64,000 nt of DNA from Pseudobdellovibrionaceae bacterium (GCA_020635075.1 JACKAM010000002.1:199802-263801), one strand, 5' to 3'; shown: positions 9,949-19,519, counted from the stretch's first letter. Numbers and translations are program-made. Notes: generated by a model not told the origin, from the letters alone.

Positions 9949-10603
9949 GGAATCTGAGAACCTCTTGAGCATGGCCTTCGGCCTTAACGCCTCGCCATTC
10001 CTTTACCAACACACCATTTTCATCAATCAAAAAGGTGCTTCGCTCGATTCCCCGAACTTGCCGACCATACATATTTTTCATCTTGATAACACCAAACAAG
10101 TCACACAGCTCCTCGTCAGCATCACTGAGTAAATCGACGGAATAGCTTTGCTTAGATTTAAAATTCTCATGAGATTTCATTGAATCCCGAGAGACACCAA
10201 AGACCTCGGCGTTCTTCCCGGAAAACTGTTTGTGAAGCTGAGTGAACTCTCGCCCCTCGATCGTACAACCAGGAGTGGAGTCTTTAGGGTAGAAGAACAA
10301 GACCACAAGTTTTCCCTTGAGTCCCTGAAGGTTAATGGTTTTATTGCCGGTCGCAGGCAAAGTGAAGTCTCTCACCTTCTTACCCAGCTTCACACCTGCC
10401 CTGGGAACCAGAGCCGAAAGAACCATTTTCGTTTTTGGCGCCGATTTTTTAGCGGTCTTTTTTACTCCAGACTTTTTCGCAGACTTTTTGCCAGACTTCT
10501 TTTTCGCCACTGACTTTTTGGTGACCACTTTCTTTTTAGCAGTCTTTTTGCTGGCGGTTTTTACATTTGCCTTCTTCTTGGATTTCTTAGCCTTCTTTGC
10601 CAC
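9935..10603 (-). CDS. bcp: Bcp-type peroxiredoxin with a ~60 aa lysine/alanine-rich N-terminal tail
   Basis: The C-terminal 160 aa carry FFYPKDSTPGCT (peroxidatic Cys). The tail reads VAKKAKKSKKKANVKTASKKTAKKK.... GTG at 10603 is preceded by GGAGTGGAGG. The longer ORF-track start would overlap the upstream lipoprotein gene. Confidence 0.8.
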   Translation of the reverse strand: MAKKAKKSKKKANVKTASKKTAKKKVVTKKSVAKKKSGKKSAKKSGVKKTAKKSAPKTKMVLSALVPRAGVKLGKKVRDFTLPATGNKTINLQGLKGKLVVLFFYPKDSTPGCTIEGREFTQLHKQFSGKNAEVFGVSRDSMKSHENFKSKQSYSVDLLSDADEELCDLFGVIKMKNMYGRQVRGIERSTFLIDENGVLVKEWRGVKAEGHAQEVLRFLTGL

Positions 10604-10673
10604 AGAACACCTCCACTCCTTTTTGAGCGAAGACATTGTGAGAAACCTACCAACCAAAATCAAGAGTTTTAGA

Positions 10674-11570
10674 TTAGTTTCCCTGGCTGCCCGCATAGCG
10701 GGTGGCCACACCTGCGGCCTCTTCAAGAGAGTTCACCGACTTCAATCCGTAAACCCTTATATGGTCCAGCAAAAAGGCATCTTCCACTTCACCGCTGGGG
10801 TTGTCACCCACAAAGCCCGAGTCCATAGAGACACTCAAACGAAAAATGGCGGCATTCTTTTTGTCCTCGAATTTGGCAACATCAATTTGAACCTGGCGTG
10901 TAATCCAGTCCTTAGCGGCATGGTTACCCAGTACTACATTTGTTCCGAACTCTGAAGGCTCCTGCCAAATGGTTTCCCACACGGTGGTGCTCTGCAAAGC
11001 AGCCGGTACAGGAGTCGCTCCAAGACCGCAGGTGGCAGAGTCGTGAGGACAGATCTCTATGCGCAAACCCTCAGGGGTGTCCCTCTTGTTGATAGCCAGA
11101 GTTACCTTTTGCTCAAGCCTGACCGGAAGGTAAGATACCACGAAAACCAGATGGTGAAAAACATTGAGGTTCATGGGCTGGGAGATCAAATAGGTGTCAT
11201 GAGCCAACTTGTCATCCTGACTCATAAAAAGAACGGCTTTGGACCCATCAGGAACAACTCCTACATCGGCCTTGTCCTCGATGGTCACGGCCGCTTCAAC
11301 GCCCTCCTCGCCGTCGTCGCGAACGGCCGCATACCAATCAACATTGCCGCCGCCTTTGATCTGGTTTCGCTCGAAGCTATCCTTAATAAGGCTACATCCA
11401 CCGACAAACTTCTCCATACTCTCGACACTTTTGCACGTCGGAAGATTCGGCAAGACCGATAAAAGGTCAATTTGGCTATCTGAATTTTCGTTTTGAAGTT
11501 TCTCTTCCCCTGAACACCCGACAAGAAGTACCAAAGCGAACAACAGGGTCCATCTCATTTCAATACACAT
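10674..11570 (-). CDS. lipoprotein, function unknown
   Basis: Lipobox LLVGC at the N-terminus (MRWTLLFALVLLVGCSG). No recognisable catalytic motif. The start could be 11558. Confidence 0.6.
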   Translation of the reverse strand: MCIEMRWTLLFALVLLVGCSGEEKLQNENSDSQIDLLSVLPNLPTCKSVESMEKFVGGCSLIKDSFERNQIKGGGNVDWYAAVRDDGEEGVEAAVTIEDKADVGVVPDGSKAVLFMSQDDKLAHDTYLISQPMNLNVFHHLVFVVSYLPVRLEQKVTLAINKRDTPEGLRIEICPHDSATCGLGATPVPAALQSTTVWETIWQEPSEFGTNVVLGNHAAKDWITRQVQIDVAKFEDKKNAAIFRLSVSMDSGFVGDNPSGEVEDAFLLDHIRVYGLKSVNSLEEAAGVATRYAGSQGN

Positions 11571-11759
11571 ACTACTCCCCTAAGTGGTCCCGTCCAAGTC
11601 TTATAGATTTCAAGTCTCATACCAGGTCAGTCACGCTTAGATTCGAAACAGATGGACACATTCGAGACACTGTCTAGATACTAGATTGTTCTCTAAATGT
11701 CCCGAATGATTGAAGACTGAGACGGGCCCAATTGGGGAATCCAATCCGGGGGGATCAGC

Positions 11760-12941
11760 TTAATTATTGGGTGCCCCGTCCAGTATCCAGTCTTCAATTG
11801 CCTGCCTGGCGGCCTGGCTAACCAGGCCGGCAGGCGGCATGGGATTATTGGCGTCGTTCATCCGACTCAGAAGGAGACTTCCCGTCGGATCATATGGAAT
11901 CACTACAAAGTAATTGATCATCTCCTGGTAGTTGGTCACGTTCAATCCTGCGCGAGGGTTGGTATTTCCGTGACAACCGACACAGCTCTGACCAAATGTT
12001 CCGCCCCCGGCAACCAATTCAGAGAAGCGGGCGGGGTTAAATGTTGTTGTGCCTAAAGATCCAAAACTCACTCCAAAAGTATCGCCCGCGGCGATGTCAG
12101 TTTCCACAATCAAAGTTCCCGTGGAGACCACGCGGTTTTGTCCAGACGGAACCTTACGGCTGACGGCCTTCCAGGTTGTTCCCTGAGCCAGCTCCTTGCC
12201 ATTGATCGACACACGGATGTCTTTAACCTCAACGGCTTGGCCACCAGCAAAGACTTTGGGATTTCTAAAGTTGTAGTTAGTTTCCCCTGTTGGGGTAGTG
12301 AATGTTCTCACTTCGACTTCAAAGCGGGCACCGGCAACCCCTTGCTGACCTTGAATCATGTCAGCTGAGAGATCTAACGTTCGAGCCTGATAGTTATTGG
12401 TAGCATTAAGGGCAATTTCCTTGGTCCCTACACGAGGGCCGTCAGGAGGAGGAATGACGACTCCACCTCCGCCGCCACCTCCGCCGCCGCCATTGTTCTG
12501 TTGAGCGGCGAGACAGTCGTTAAATGTGATCTGAGCTTCATCCCATCCTGTCTTGTACCCGTTGACCGCCTCCTGATGCTGTTCACCTGTGTAGGGTGGT
12601 TTGTGACTAGGATTAATCGCAAAGTCCGCAATCTTTAGTTCTCCGGCACCGGCAAAGGCCTCAAAGGCCAGCTCCAGATTATCCTCCCCAAAGCTTCCTT
12701 TTCCCCCACCACCATTGACATGGCAGCTGCCACAATTTGTTTTTAGGAAGGGTTGCCAACCTTTGCTGAATTCCTGTTTCAGTATGTCCCCGCAAATTCC
12801 AGATCCCAGCCCAAAGTTGCCACCCAGGTTTTTGGTGCTCCCTTCGCTGTGCATGGGAGCACAGCCTGTGCTACCCAATCCGAGGACAAGTCCGATTAAA
12901 ACCCCAATGTAAACGACGATTGTCTTTCCTGTGATTCCCAT
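11760..12941 (-). CDS. membrane-anchored protein with two CxxCH motifs, planctomycete-cytochrome-c (PSCyt1)-like C-terminus
   Basis: 393 aa with CGSCH near the N-terminus and CVGCHGNTNPRAGLNV...MPPAGLVSQAARQAIEDWILDGA at the C-terminus. Contains a Gly10 run. The N-terminal hydrophobic segment ends in GSTGC. Confidence 0.7.
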   Translation of the reverse strand: MGITGKTIVVYIGVLIGLVLGLGSTGCAPMHSEGSTKNLGGNFGLGSGICGDILKQEFSKGWQPFLKTNCGSCHVNGGGGKGSFGEDNLELAFEAFAGAGELKIADFAINPSHKPPYTGEQHQEAVNGYKTGWDEAQITFNDCLAAQQNNGGGGGGGGGGVVIPPPDGPRVGTKEIALNATNNYQARTLDLSADMIQGQQGVAGARFEVEVRTFTTPTGETNYNFRNPKVFAGGQAVEVKDIRVSINGKELAQGTTWKAVSRKVPSGQNRVVSTGTLIVETDIAAGDTFGVSFGSLGTTTFNPARFSELVAGGGTFGQSCVGCHGNTNPRAGLNVTNYQEMINYFVVIPYDPTGSLLLSRMNDANNPMPPAGLVSQAARQAIEDWILDGAPNN

Positions 12942-12986
12942 TGTTCACACTCCTTGTGAACTTGATGTTTAATAATCCCATTTTCA

Positions 12987-13010
12987 CAGCTGGGCCCCCC
13001 GGCCCAACTG
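12987..13010 (-). terminator. intercistronic GC-rich hairpin (10-bp stem, 4-nt loop), no U tract
   Basis: cagctgggcc-cccc-ggcccaactg lies 12 nt downstream of the stop of the 480-aa gene. One G-U position. Could be an attenuator or an mRNA-stability hairpin rather than a full terminator. Confidence 0.3.
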
Positions 13011-13021
13011 TCCATATTCAC

Positions 13022-14464
13022 TTAAAACAAAACCACTTGATCCAAATCTGAGTTGCTAAAAACGTTTGGTACGACTTTACTCAGAAGGTCGACCCGACCG
13101 GAAAACTTCAAGTAGTTGGCAAAAACCCCAGCAGCCGCTTTCTCAGCCGTTCCGCCAGTCACAAACTGGTCGTTGGCAGTTTGGCCTGAGGTGAAATTAC
13201 CCAACTGAAAGTTCTTAGTCGGCGGACGACCAGCAGGATCAAAAGCGATCATGTACACCACGCCAGCACTACCGCGGTCGCTTCTCCAAGCGGCGTCCGG
13301 GCTGTTTGAAACCGTACTGCTGCAAGAGCCGTCAGTGGACACGTATAAAAACATTTTTTGACCCATCAACCGCGCAGTTTCCAACACGCGGCCGATTAGA
13401 GCACCGGCTTGCTGGTCAGCCTGGTCTCCCCGGGTACGCGTATTGTTGTGGTAGTCGTAACCACCCAACTCAAGAGCTGCCGTACTGGCATTGCCGTTAA
13501 GTACATTGTAGACCATGGAACAGAACACTAAATCCTGGCTGTTATCGCCAGCATTTTGCGCATTCCAAACTCCTGCGATTCCCCGTCCATCTTGGCGAGG
13601 ATCCAAGGTGTCATTGTTGGAACTGATAACATCTACATTCTTTTTGCCCGCGCACTCCACAAGGTCTTTGAGGTTTTCACCACCACTCAGGCTGGCTAGT
13701 CGACGGGTTTGTTCCATACTCAACTTATCGATTGATTTAAAAAGTGATACTTGCTGGGCTTTGCTCAGCCTTCCAAGAGCATTAGTGAATCCACCTGAAG
13801 CTCCCACCAAATCCTGATACCGGTTCACAATCAGTGGCACGGGAGGTCTGACAAAAGCAACGCTTTGACGAATTCCAGTTTCGGAATCGCGGCGTCCTAA
13901 ATTCGGCAATTTGGCTCCCGCCAATCCTGCCGCATTAACCATCCCCGAGACATCCAGCTTGTTAGCATCTGAATCATCACGAGTGCGAACATTAACACCG
14001 ATAAAGGCCGTGTTGGCGATTGTTGCCGCTGTAGCCGTGGAACGAATTCCGGCTAAAAGCTTGCTGATACCATTGCCAGCAAAGGGTGTGTTACCAAATT
14101 CTCTTTCGATGGGAAGACTGCCTCCGGCACCTAGTCCCATCTTGTCGTAAGAGGTAAGTTTTTGTCCGCCTGCATCCATGGGCACAAAGTTGGCGCCCAG
14201 CATGGCTCCGCCGGCAAGATTGATGGTAATGAACGGAACCAAAGTATTGGTGCTTCCCCCGCCACCCCCATCATCTTCGCAAGTTGCCGCGTATGCAAAG
14301 TTGCTTTGCGCTACAACATTTACGATCGACGGTAAAAACAACATTCCGGAAAACTTGAGCAGCCCTGAGGCGAGAAATTCGCGACGTGTCTGGGGTGCTG
14401 CGTGGCCCGGTAGAGGTTCAAACTTACCTTCCTTGATCAGTTTTTCTATCTCTGCCTTTTTCAC
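13022..14464 (-). CDS. Tat-signal exported protein, DUF1501-like
   Basis: 480 aa with twin-arginine motif TRREFLASG followed by a hydrophobic stretch. Has a GGYDYHNN motif resembling the GGxDxH signature I associate with DUF1501 (sulfatase-fold) proteins. Confidence 0.7.
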   Translation of the reverse strand: MKKAEIEKLIKEGKFEPLPGHAAPQTRREFLASGLLKFSGMLFLPSIVNVVAQSNFAYAATCEDDGGGGGSTNTLVPFITINLAGGAMLGANFVPMDAGGQKLTSYDKMGLGAGGSLPIEREFGNTPFAGNGISKLLAGIRSTATAATIANTAFIGVNVRTRDDSDANKLDVSGMVNAAGLAGAKLPNLGRRDSETGIRQSVAFVRPPVPLIVNRYQDLVGASGGFTNALGRLSKAQQVSLFKSIDKLSMEQTRRLASLSGGENLKDLVECAGKKNVDVISSNNDTLDPRQDGRGIAGVWNAQNAGDNSQDLVFCSMVYNVLNGNASTAALELGGYDYHNNTRTRGDQADQQAGALIGRVLETARLMGQKMFLYVSTDGSCSSTVSNSPDAAWRSDRGSAGVVYMIAFDPAGRPPTKNFQLGNFTSGQTANDQFVTGGTAEKAAAGVFANYLKFSGRVDLLSKVVPNVFSNSDLDQVVLF

Positions 14465-14519
14465 TGTAATTCTCCTTGATCGGGCTCCTCATGAGCCCTT
14501 TTTCCCCAATAATCCCCTA

Positions 14520-15215
14520 TTAAAGTTCCAATGCATCCAAGCTAGCGATCATGACCGTGCATACGTAAAGGGCAAAGCGGTCGGTGTCGGCAGCCTGATT
14601 TCCTCCGGCGGCAATGACCTCAGCCATGGCATCCTGAAGGAGTTGCAGTTCTGTATCAGTTTCGTTTCGCCCCCAGAAAGATCTGGCGAGACGACGAATA
14701 ATGTCCATGCGTGCAGTGTTACTAACATTGTTAGGTCCAGACCCAAAATTCACTTGAGGGAAGATCCTGCGCTCAGCGGCGGCGGTCCCCTTCTCTTTGT
14801 TCACTAAGTCACCGCACACTTCACCCCCCAGAGAGGCTGCGGCCATTATCATCGGCGCATTCAGAGTGTTGGCCTTTCCGTTCTCAGAAAATGAACCCTT
14901 CTTTTCTTCGTACAGAGATTTGGCTGCAGCACTGGGCTCTTCTATTCCCGAGATCGCCACCATGTTGTCCAAAACCTGACCAGAGTGAACCACCGAGGTG
15001 GTACGAGCTCCGTCGATAATTTTGAGATCGCCGTTACCGCCGCCAGGACCAGGAGGAAGAAGGCTTCCAAGATCACCCTGGTTTAGGCTGGAAAGATCTT
15101 CGTACTTGTGAACAAAGGCGTTGTTACAACCACTTGCCAGCAGGAAGACCAGACCTAGCATCCATACTTTGATTTCGTTTCCTGAATTGTTTTTCATTTC
15201 ATTCATATGTTTCAT
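14520..15215 (-). CDS. lipoprotein, C-terminus resembles the DUF1595/PSD5-type helical domain
   Basis: 231 aa with lipobox LLASGC. C-terminal IIRRLARSFWGRNETDTELQLL...ASLDAL matches the pattern seen at the start of planctomycete PSD multidomain proteins. Confidence 0.55.
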   Translation of the reverse strand: MKHMNEMKNNSGNEIKVWMLGLVFLLASGCNNAFVHKYEDLSSLNQGDLGSLLPPGPGGGNGDLKIIDGARTTSVVHSGQVLDNMVAISGIEEPSAAAKSLYEEKKGSFSENGKANTLNAPMIMAAASLGGEVCGDLVNKEKGTAAAERRIFPQVNFGSGPNNVSNTARMDIIRRLARSFWGRNETDTELQLLQDAMAEVIAAGGNQAADTDRFALYVCTVMIASLDALEL

Positions 15216-15232
15216 GGCTCAGACCTCCATCC

Positions 15233-17278
15233 TTAGTTGCCCAAGCATGCGCCTTGGACGGCAACACGCTCGAAGAGCCATTTCAGGTTGTAGTTGTTCT
15301 TTTCAAATTCGTCTGCAGTGGTCAGAATCATTTGACCTTCATTCAGTGTGGGCTCCCGCTTACACAGGCTTGAGTAAACCCGACGAACCATGCAGCGGCT
15401 GAAAGCCTGGGAATTTCCAATCATTGTTCCCAAGGAGTTAAGTCCTGCTCCTTGGATCTTTCCGCGCCAACCGAAGTATTTGAGGTTGGAGCCACGGATC
15501 AACTGATTGATCCAGGCGGTATTGTTTACAGCATAACCATCTGGGAACACGTCGTTGTTCACATTCAACTTGTCCGAGATTCCAGCGGGATTTCTCTTCA
15601 TTTGGTTTTCGCCATTTCCGTCGGCCAGACTCAAACCGTGCTTAACTCGGTTATTTTCGAAATCCAGTTGACCGAAGGCAGGGCGGATTGCATCCATGCC
15701 GGCATGACAGCCCTTACATTCAGCCTGGTACTTGGCGTTTGATCCACCAGGATATCGGTCCACATCGCGACCCACCATACTATCCGCGTTCGAGGTGTCG
15801 GCCCATTGTTCGATGGGCACACAGAGGAATTCGCGGAAGGCAAATTCCACTAAACGGCGATTTGTTCCTGCATCAGCGTGAGCCTCCAGGAAGGCACGAC
15901 TGGTGAGTATGCCCGCCGGATCAGGATTGGTCGTTGCTGCCCCGTTTGCTCCCATAATGGGTTGTCCGTTCACTCGGTGAAGGACGCGTGCCAGGGAGTA
16001 TCCTTGGCTGGCCAGGGACTCATAGTGGCGATTTGACAAGAGGATATCCTGAACCACGTTCTGAGGTACAGCGGCCTTGGTTGGATCAGCCTTGTAGTAA
16101 AAATCTCCACTGACAAGAAGACGAGCATCCAAACCATCGCGGGTGACGCCCACGACGGTCGCCACGAAGTCACTCAATGGAGCTTTCATGGTTTCGTCTC
16201 TGGTTGCCATTTGTGCGGCGAAATCCCGCACGGTGATGTTGTAGAAGTTTACAGATGCCGTCGCCTTCTTCGCCGCCTCAACATATTGATTGGCCGCCAT
16301 CAATGCTTCCATTTCATCAAGCACTGGGTGATCGATGGGCACCCGGGTTCCACCGAGACGGTGGTAGAGTACGGCAGCCTTTTGGCGAAGATCACTGATG
16401 GGTTCGTCCGGCTTAGGCATGACCGCCACATTTCCCGGTTGCACAGCCGTATCGCCCTGGATCTCTTTCGCAGTTAAAGCCCGGCAGAAAACAGCCACCA
16501 TGTGCAGCTCTCCCAGCCAGGGACGTTCCTGACCAGCTGTTTGGTAGCTCAGCTCGTTACCAAAGGCGAATTCCATGCTGTCATCCCAATTTGCAAATGA
16601 TCCACTACCACCAAGGTTGGTGAAGGTGGCCTGAAGCTGTCGATCGACATAGAGGCGCGCGGTGGTGCCATCTTTGACCATAACAACATGATGGAGAGCA
16701 TTCTCCTGAAGAACTCCATCAGGGCTTTCAAAGCCGTTTAACGATCCTTGGTTGTTGGTACCAGTTCGCACACGGCCCATCCAGTGGCCTACGCCATCGT
16801 AGGTCTGACCAACGGTGAAGTTGCGCGTTCCAGAATCTCGGGACAGAGTGATCATACGCGCTGGACCATTTTGGTTGTCCTCACTCACGCGGACATATGC
16901 CTCAACAGTGAGGGCATTACTGGCCTTACAGGCATTGATGATTTTGGTTGCCGGTGAACCCGAGCGCGCAATGGTTGGCTGGTTAAACCGCAGATAACCA
17001 TTTTCGCGAGTCACGCGAGCCGGATCACCGATTGTCAGATTCAGGGGAGTTCCTACTCCTGAAGAATCAACAACGGGTCCCGTGGTGTTATTAAAGAGAT
17101 AAAGAGCAGCGATCCCTGTCTTGCTACCTTCACCGTTGATATCCAGTGCTCCAGCCAGAGGCTGTGCACCGATACCAATGGTGAGCAAAGATGTGTAGAT
17201 GATGTTCTTTATCCACGTCCTTGTGGTTGGAACTTGAGTTCCATAGGCACTACCGACCATGGCAGTTCTCCCTTTCAT
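15233..17278 (-). CDS. secreted LamG-domain protein fused to a DUF1588/PSCyt3-like CxxCH domain
   Basis: The N-terminal third is LamG-like (ALTVEAYVRV...HHVVMVKDGTTARLYVDRQL). The C-terminal part has GILTSRAFLEAH...RRLVEFAFREFLC and CKGCHAGMDAIRPAFGQLDF. Start is uncertain (17278, 17260 or the ORF-track 17392). Confidence 0.7.
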   Translation of the reverse strand: MKGRTAMVGSAYGTQVPTTRTWIKNIIYTSLLTIGIGAQPLAGALDINGEGSKTGIAALYLFNNTTGPVVDSSGVGTPLNLTIGDPARVTRENGYLRFNQPTIARSGSPATKIINACKASNALTVEAYVRVSEDNQNGPARMITLSRDSGTRNFTVGQTYDGVGHWMGRVRTGTNNQGSLNGFESPDGVLQENALHHVVMVKDGTTARLYVDRQLQATFTNLGGSGSFANWDDSMEFAFGNELSYQTAGQERPWLGELHMVAVFCRALTAKEIQGDTAVQPGNVAVMPKPDEPISDLRQKAAVLYHRLGGTRVPIDHPVLDEMEALMAANQYVEAAKKATASVNFYNITVRDFAAQMATRDETMKAPLSDFVATVVGVTRDGLDARLLVSGDFYYKADPTKAAVPQNVVQDILLSNRHYESLASQGYSLARVLHRVNGQPIMGANGAATTNPDPAGILTSRAFLEAHADAGTNRRLVEFAFREFLCVPIEQWADTSNADSMVGRDVDRYPGGSNAKYQAECKGCHAGMDAIRPAFGQLDFENNRVKHGLSLADGNGENQMKRNPAGISDKLNVNNDVFPDGYAVNNTAWINQLIRGSNLKYFGWRGKIQGAGLNSLGTMIGNSQAFSRCMVRRVYSSLCKREPTLNEGQMILTTADEFEKNNYNLKWLFERVAVQGACLGN

Positions 17279-17729
17279 CCTTGAAAACTCTCTGCTTGTT
17301 GTGATTTGCCAGATGCCCCGAGAGTTCGTCGTCCTTAACTTCGTTACCCCACTGATAGGTATTGCATAGGTCGGGCCAGGCCCAACACTCAACCGGGGGG
17401 GTCTAGAGGGGTAAGTGCGTTGACACTGATTAAACTTTGGGCACTTTTGGGCCTAATCAATTTTGTGAATATGTCGAACTTTTGGGCAGGTGATCACCCG
17501 TACCCCTAGTTATATGAGAGCCTGAAATCCAAATGGCGTTTAATTGAGTTTCAAGCTGGGATGGAAGTGACCACCCCCCTGTTGACAGCATCCGATGACA
17601 CAGGGCTTCAGATCGAGAAATCGTCAGTCATTTTGACAGACCACGCCAGCCACCGGAACTCTTGAATCCGATTTGGAATCCATCCTAAAACTAAGTATCA
17701 CCATCAATGATTGAATCGAGGAGTTCCCA

Positions 17730-18374
17730 TTGACCGACATTTTTACTCGCCACAAGTTTCGCCCCGGATGGGTGGAGGTCATCGTCGGCTGCATGTTTAG
17801 TGGAAAGACTGAAGAGCTGATTCGCCAACTCCGCCGTGCCCAGCTGGCGAAAATGAAAATCCAGGTGTTTAAACCTGCCCTCGATGACCGCTATTCGGCC
17901 GATCATGTGGCCTCCCACAATCAGAGTCTATTTCCTTCACAAATTGTTCGCCGCTCAGACGAAATCTTGGCTTTGGTTGAGAAGACGACCGAAGTTGTGG
18001 GCATCGATGAGGGGCAGTTCTTTGATGACGGAATTCTGGAAATCACCACTGTCTTGGCCAATGCCGGAAAACGGGTGATTGTTGCCGGCCTGGATACAGA
18101 TTGGAAGGGCCAACCTTTTGGACCTATCCCCCGACTGATGGCGGTAGCCGAAGTGATCCGCAAGCAGTTCGCCATTTGTATGGTCTGTGGCGAGCCCGCG
18201 GTTCGCACCCAGCGCCTGATTTCTGCCGACAATGACATCTTAGTTGGCTCGGGAGAGGCCTATGAAGCCCGTTGCCGTACTCACTTTGACCCGGAGTTCA
18301 GCCAGCGCTTTCAGCAAAACCGCCGTCAAGCCGAGAGCTTAGATGCTCAAGAAGGGCCTTCGCCCAGCCCCTAA
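17730..18374 (+). CDS. tdk: thymidine kinase
   Basis: 214 aa with GCMFSGKTEELI P-loop and a C-terminal CxxC...C zinc site. TTG start with GAGGAG 6 nt upstream. Confidence 0.9.
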   Translation: MTDIFTRHKFRPGWVEVIVGCMFSGKTEELIRQLRRAQLAKMKIQVFKPALDDRYSADHVASHNQSLFPSQIVRRSDEILALVEKTTEVVGIDEGQFFDDGILEITTVLANAGKRVIVAGLDTDWKGQPFGPIPRLMAVAEVIRKQFAICMVCGEPAVRTQRLISADNDILVGSGEAYEARCRTHFDPEFSQRFQQNRRQAESLDAQEGPSPSP

Positions 18375-18459
18375 TATATAGATAGGGGGCAAAACTTGAA
18401 TTCCACCCTGGTTGGTGGCAAGATTGCCTCACTTTTTGCCACTCACCCGGAGGACCAGG

Positions 18460-18993
18460 ATGCCTTCTCAGCTGAAGCTGACCGAACTCATTTCCGAAGA
18501 AGCCCTTACTGCCAAGGTTAAAGAAATTGGCAAAGCATTATCCGACAAGTACCACGGCGAAGACCTGGTGGCGATTTGCGTGCTCAAGGGTTCATTCATG
18601 TTTTACGCTGATCTGATCCGAGAAATTGACACCGATTTGGTCAGCGAGTTCTTTGGGGTATCCAGCTATATGAACTCCAGCAAATCCTCTGGCGAAGTGC
18701 GATTGACCCTGGACCTACACAATCCCATCGAAGGGAAGCACGTTCTGCTCGTTGAAGACATCGTCGACACGGGTTTGACGATGAACTATCTGCAGAAAAC
18801 ATTGGGAGCTCGCAACCCCAAAAGTCTAACTACTGCAGCCCTATTGCTTAAACCCTCATGCCTCAAAGTTGAGTGCAAAGTCGATTATGTGGGCTTTGAG
18901 ATCCCCGATGAATTTGTAGTTGGCTATGGATTGGACTATCAAGGTTACTTCCGTAACATTCCCTACATTGCTCAGGTGCAGGGCCTGATTTGA
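18460..18993 (+). CDS. hpt: hypoxanthine-guanine phosphoribosyltransferase
   Basis: VLLVEDIVDTGLT PRPP-binding motif. ATG at 18460 with GGAGGA upstream; the ORF-track start at 18412 adds 16 unlikely residues. Confidence 0.9.
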   Translation: MPSQLKLTELISEEALTAKVKEIGKALSDKYHGEDLVAICVLKGSFMFYADLIREIDTDLVSEFFGVSSYMNSSKSSGEVRLTLDLHNPIEGKHVLLVEDIVDTGLTMNYLQKTLGARNPKSLTTAALLLKPSCLKVECKVDYVGFEIPDEFVVGYGLDYQGYFRNIPYIAQVQGLI

Positions 18994-19025
18994 TCAACTG
19001 GTTCCTGCCAGTGATGCGGGAAAAC

Positions 19026-19051
19026 AAAAAGCCACCAAAAGGTGGCTTTTT
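19026..19051. terminator. bidirectional rho-independent terminator
   Basis: aaaaagccacc-aaaa-ggtggcttttt is flanked by A and T runs. It sits between convergent hpt and the 128-aa gene. Confidence 0.7.
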
Positions 19052-19075
19052 GTTTTTTCCAAAAAAACCTGGAAC

Positions 19076-19462
19076 CTAAAGCTTTGTCTTAATCTTGTAA
19101 GTTGCCTGTGAGGTACATATCGTCCCGCCACTTTGGTTCTGGCAGGTCGGCTTGCCGCAATTTATAGCTAGAACTTTGTTTTCCTTGTTGTCCTGACGCA
19201 GTTCCTTCTCCCAGGTCTTACAGGCTGCCTTCCAGTTTTTACGGGCCTCACGAGACATAGGAGCCTCATCTCCTTCGATGTCAGCCGTTCCATCCACCAC
19301 TTCCCAGGTATTTCCTTTAGCATCAGTGTCGGCCTTCTTGCCCTTGCGGATTTCAATAGTGGTTGTTTCACCCTCTTCGGCTTCCACATCCTTCACATCC
19401 ACGCTTTGCGCGAAAGCGATGGGTGCCAAAATCAAAGTTAAGATCACGACTAATTTTTTCAT
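19076..19462 (-). CDS. small secreted Cys-containing protein, function unknown
   Basis: 128 aa with a clear signal peptide (MKKLVVILTLILAPIAFAQS), a charged middle and four Cys in the C-terminal half. Confidence 0.55.
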   Translation of the reverse strand: MKKLVVILTLILAPIAFAQSVDVKDVEAEEGETTTIEIRKGKKADTDAKGNTWEVVDGTADIEGDEAPMSREARKNWKAACKTWEKELRQDNKENKVLAINCGKPTCQNQSGGTICTSQATYKIKTKL

Positions 19463-19519
19463 AAGTACTCCTTGTTAAATCAAGAAGCTTATCCTCTCCC
19501 AAGGGTGAAAGCTGAGCAA

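Noticed and set aside
10335-10955. 206-aa plus-strand ORF rich in Phe and Leu
   Set aside because: It is the antisense reading of the Lys-codon-rich bcp tail and the adjacent lipoprotein gene, so it is a compositional artefact.
12462-12490. Gly10-encoding triplet run as a slipped-strand phase-variation tract
   Set aside because: The codons are mixed (GGC, GGA, GGT), so the DNA is not a perfect short tandem repeat. It more likely encodes a flexible linker.
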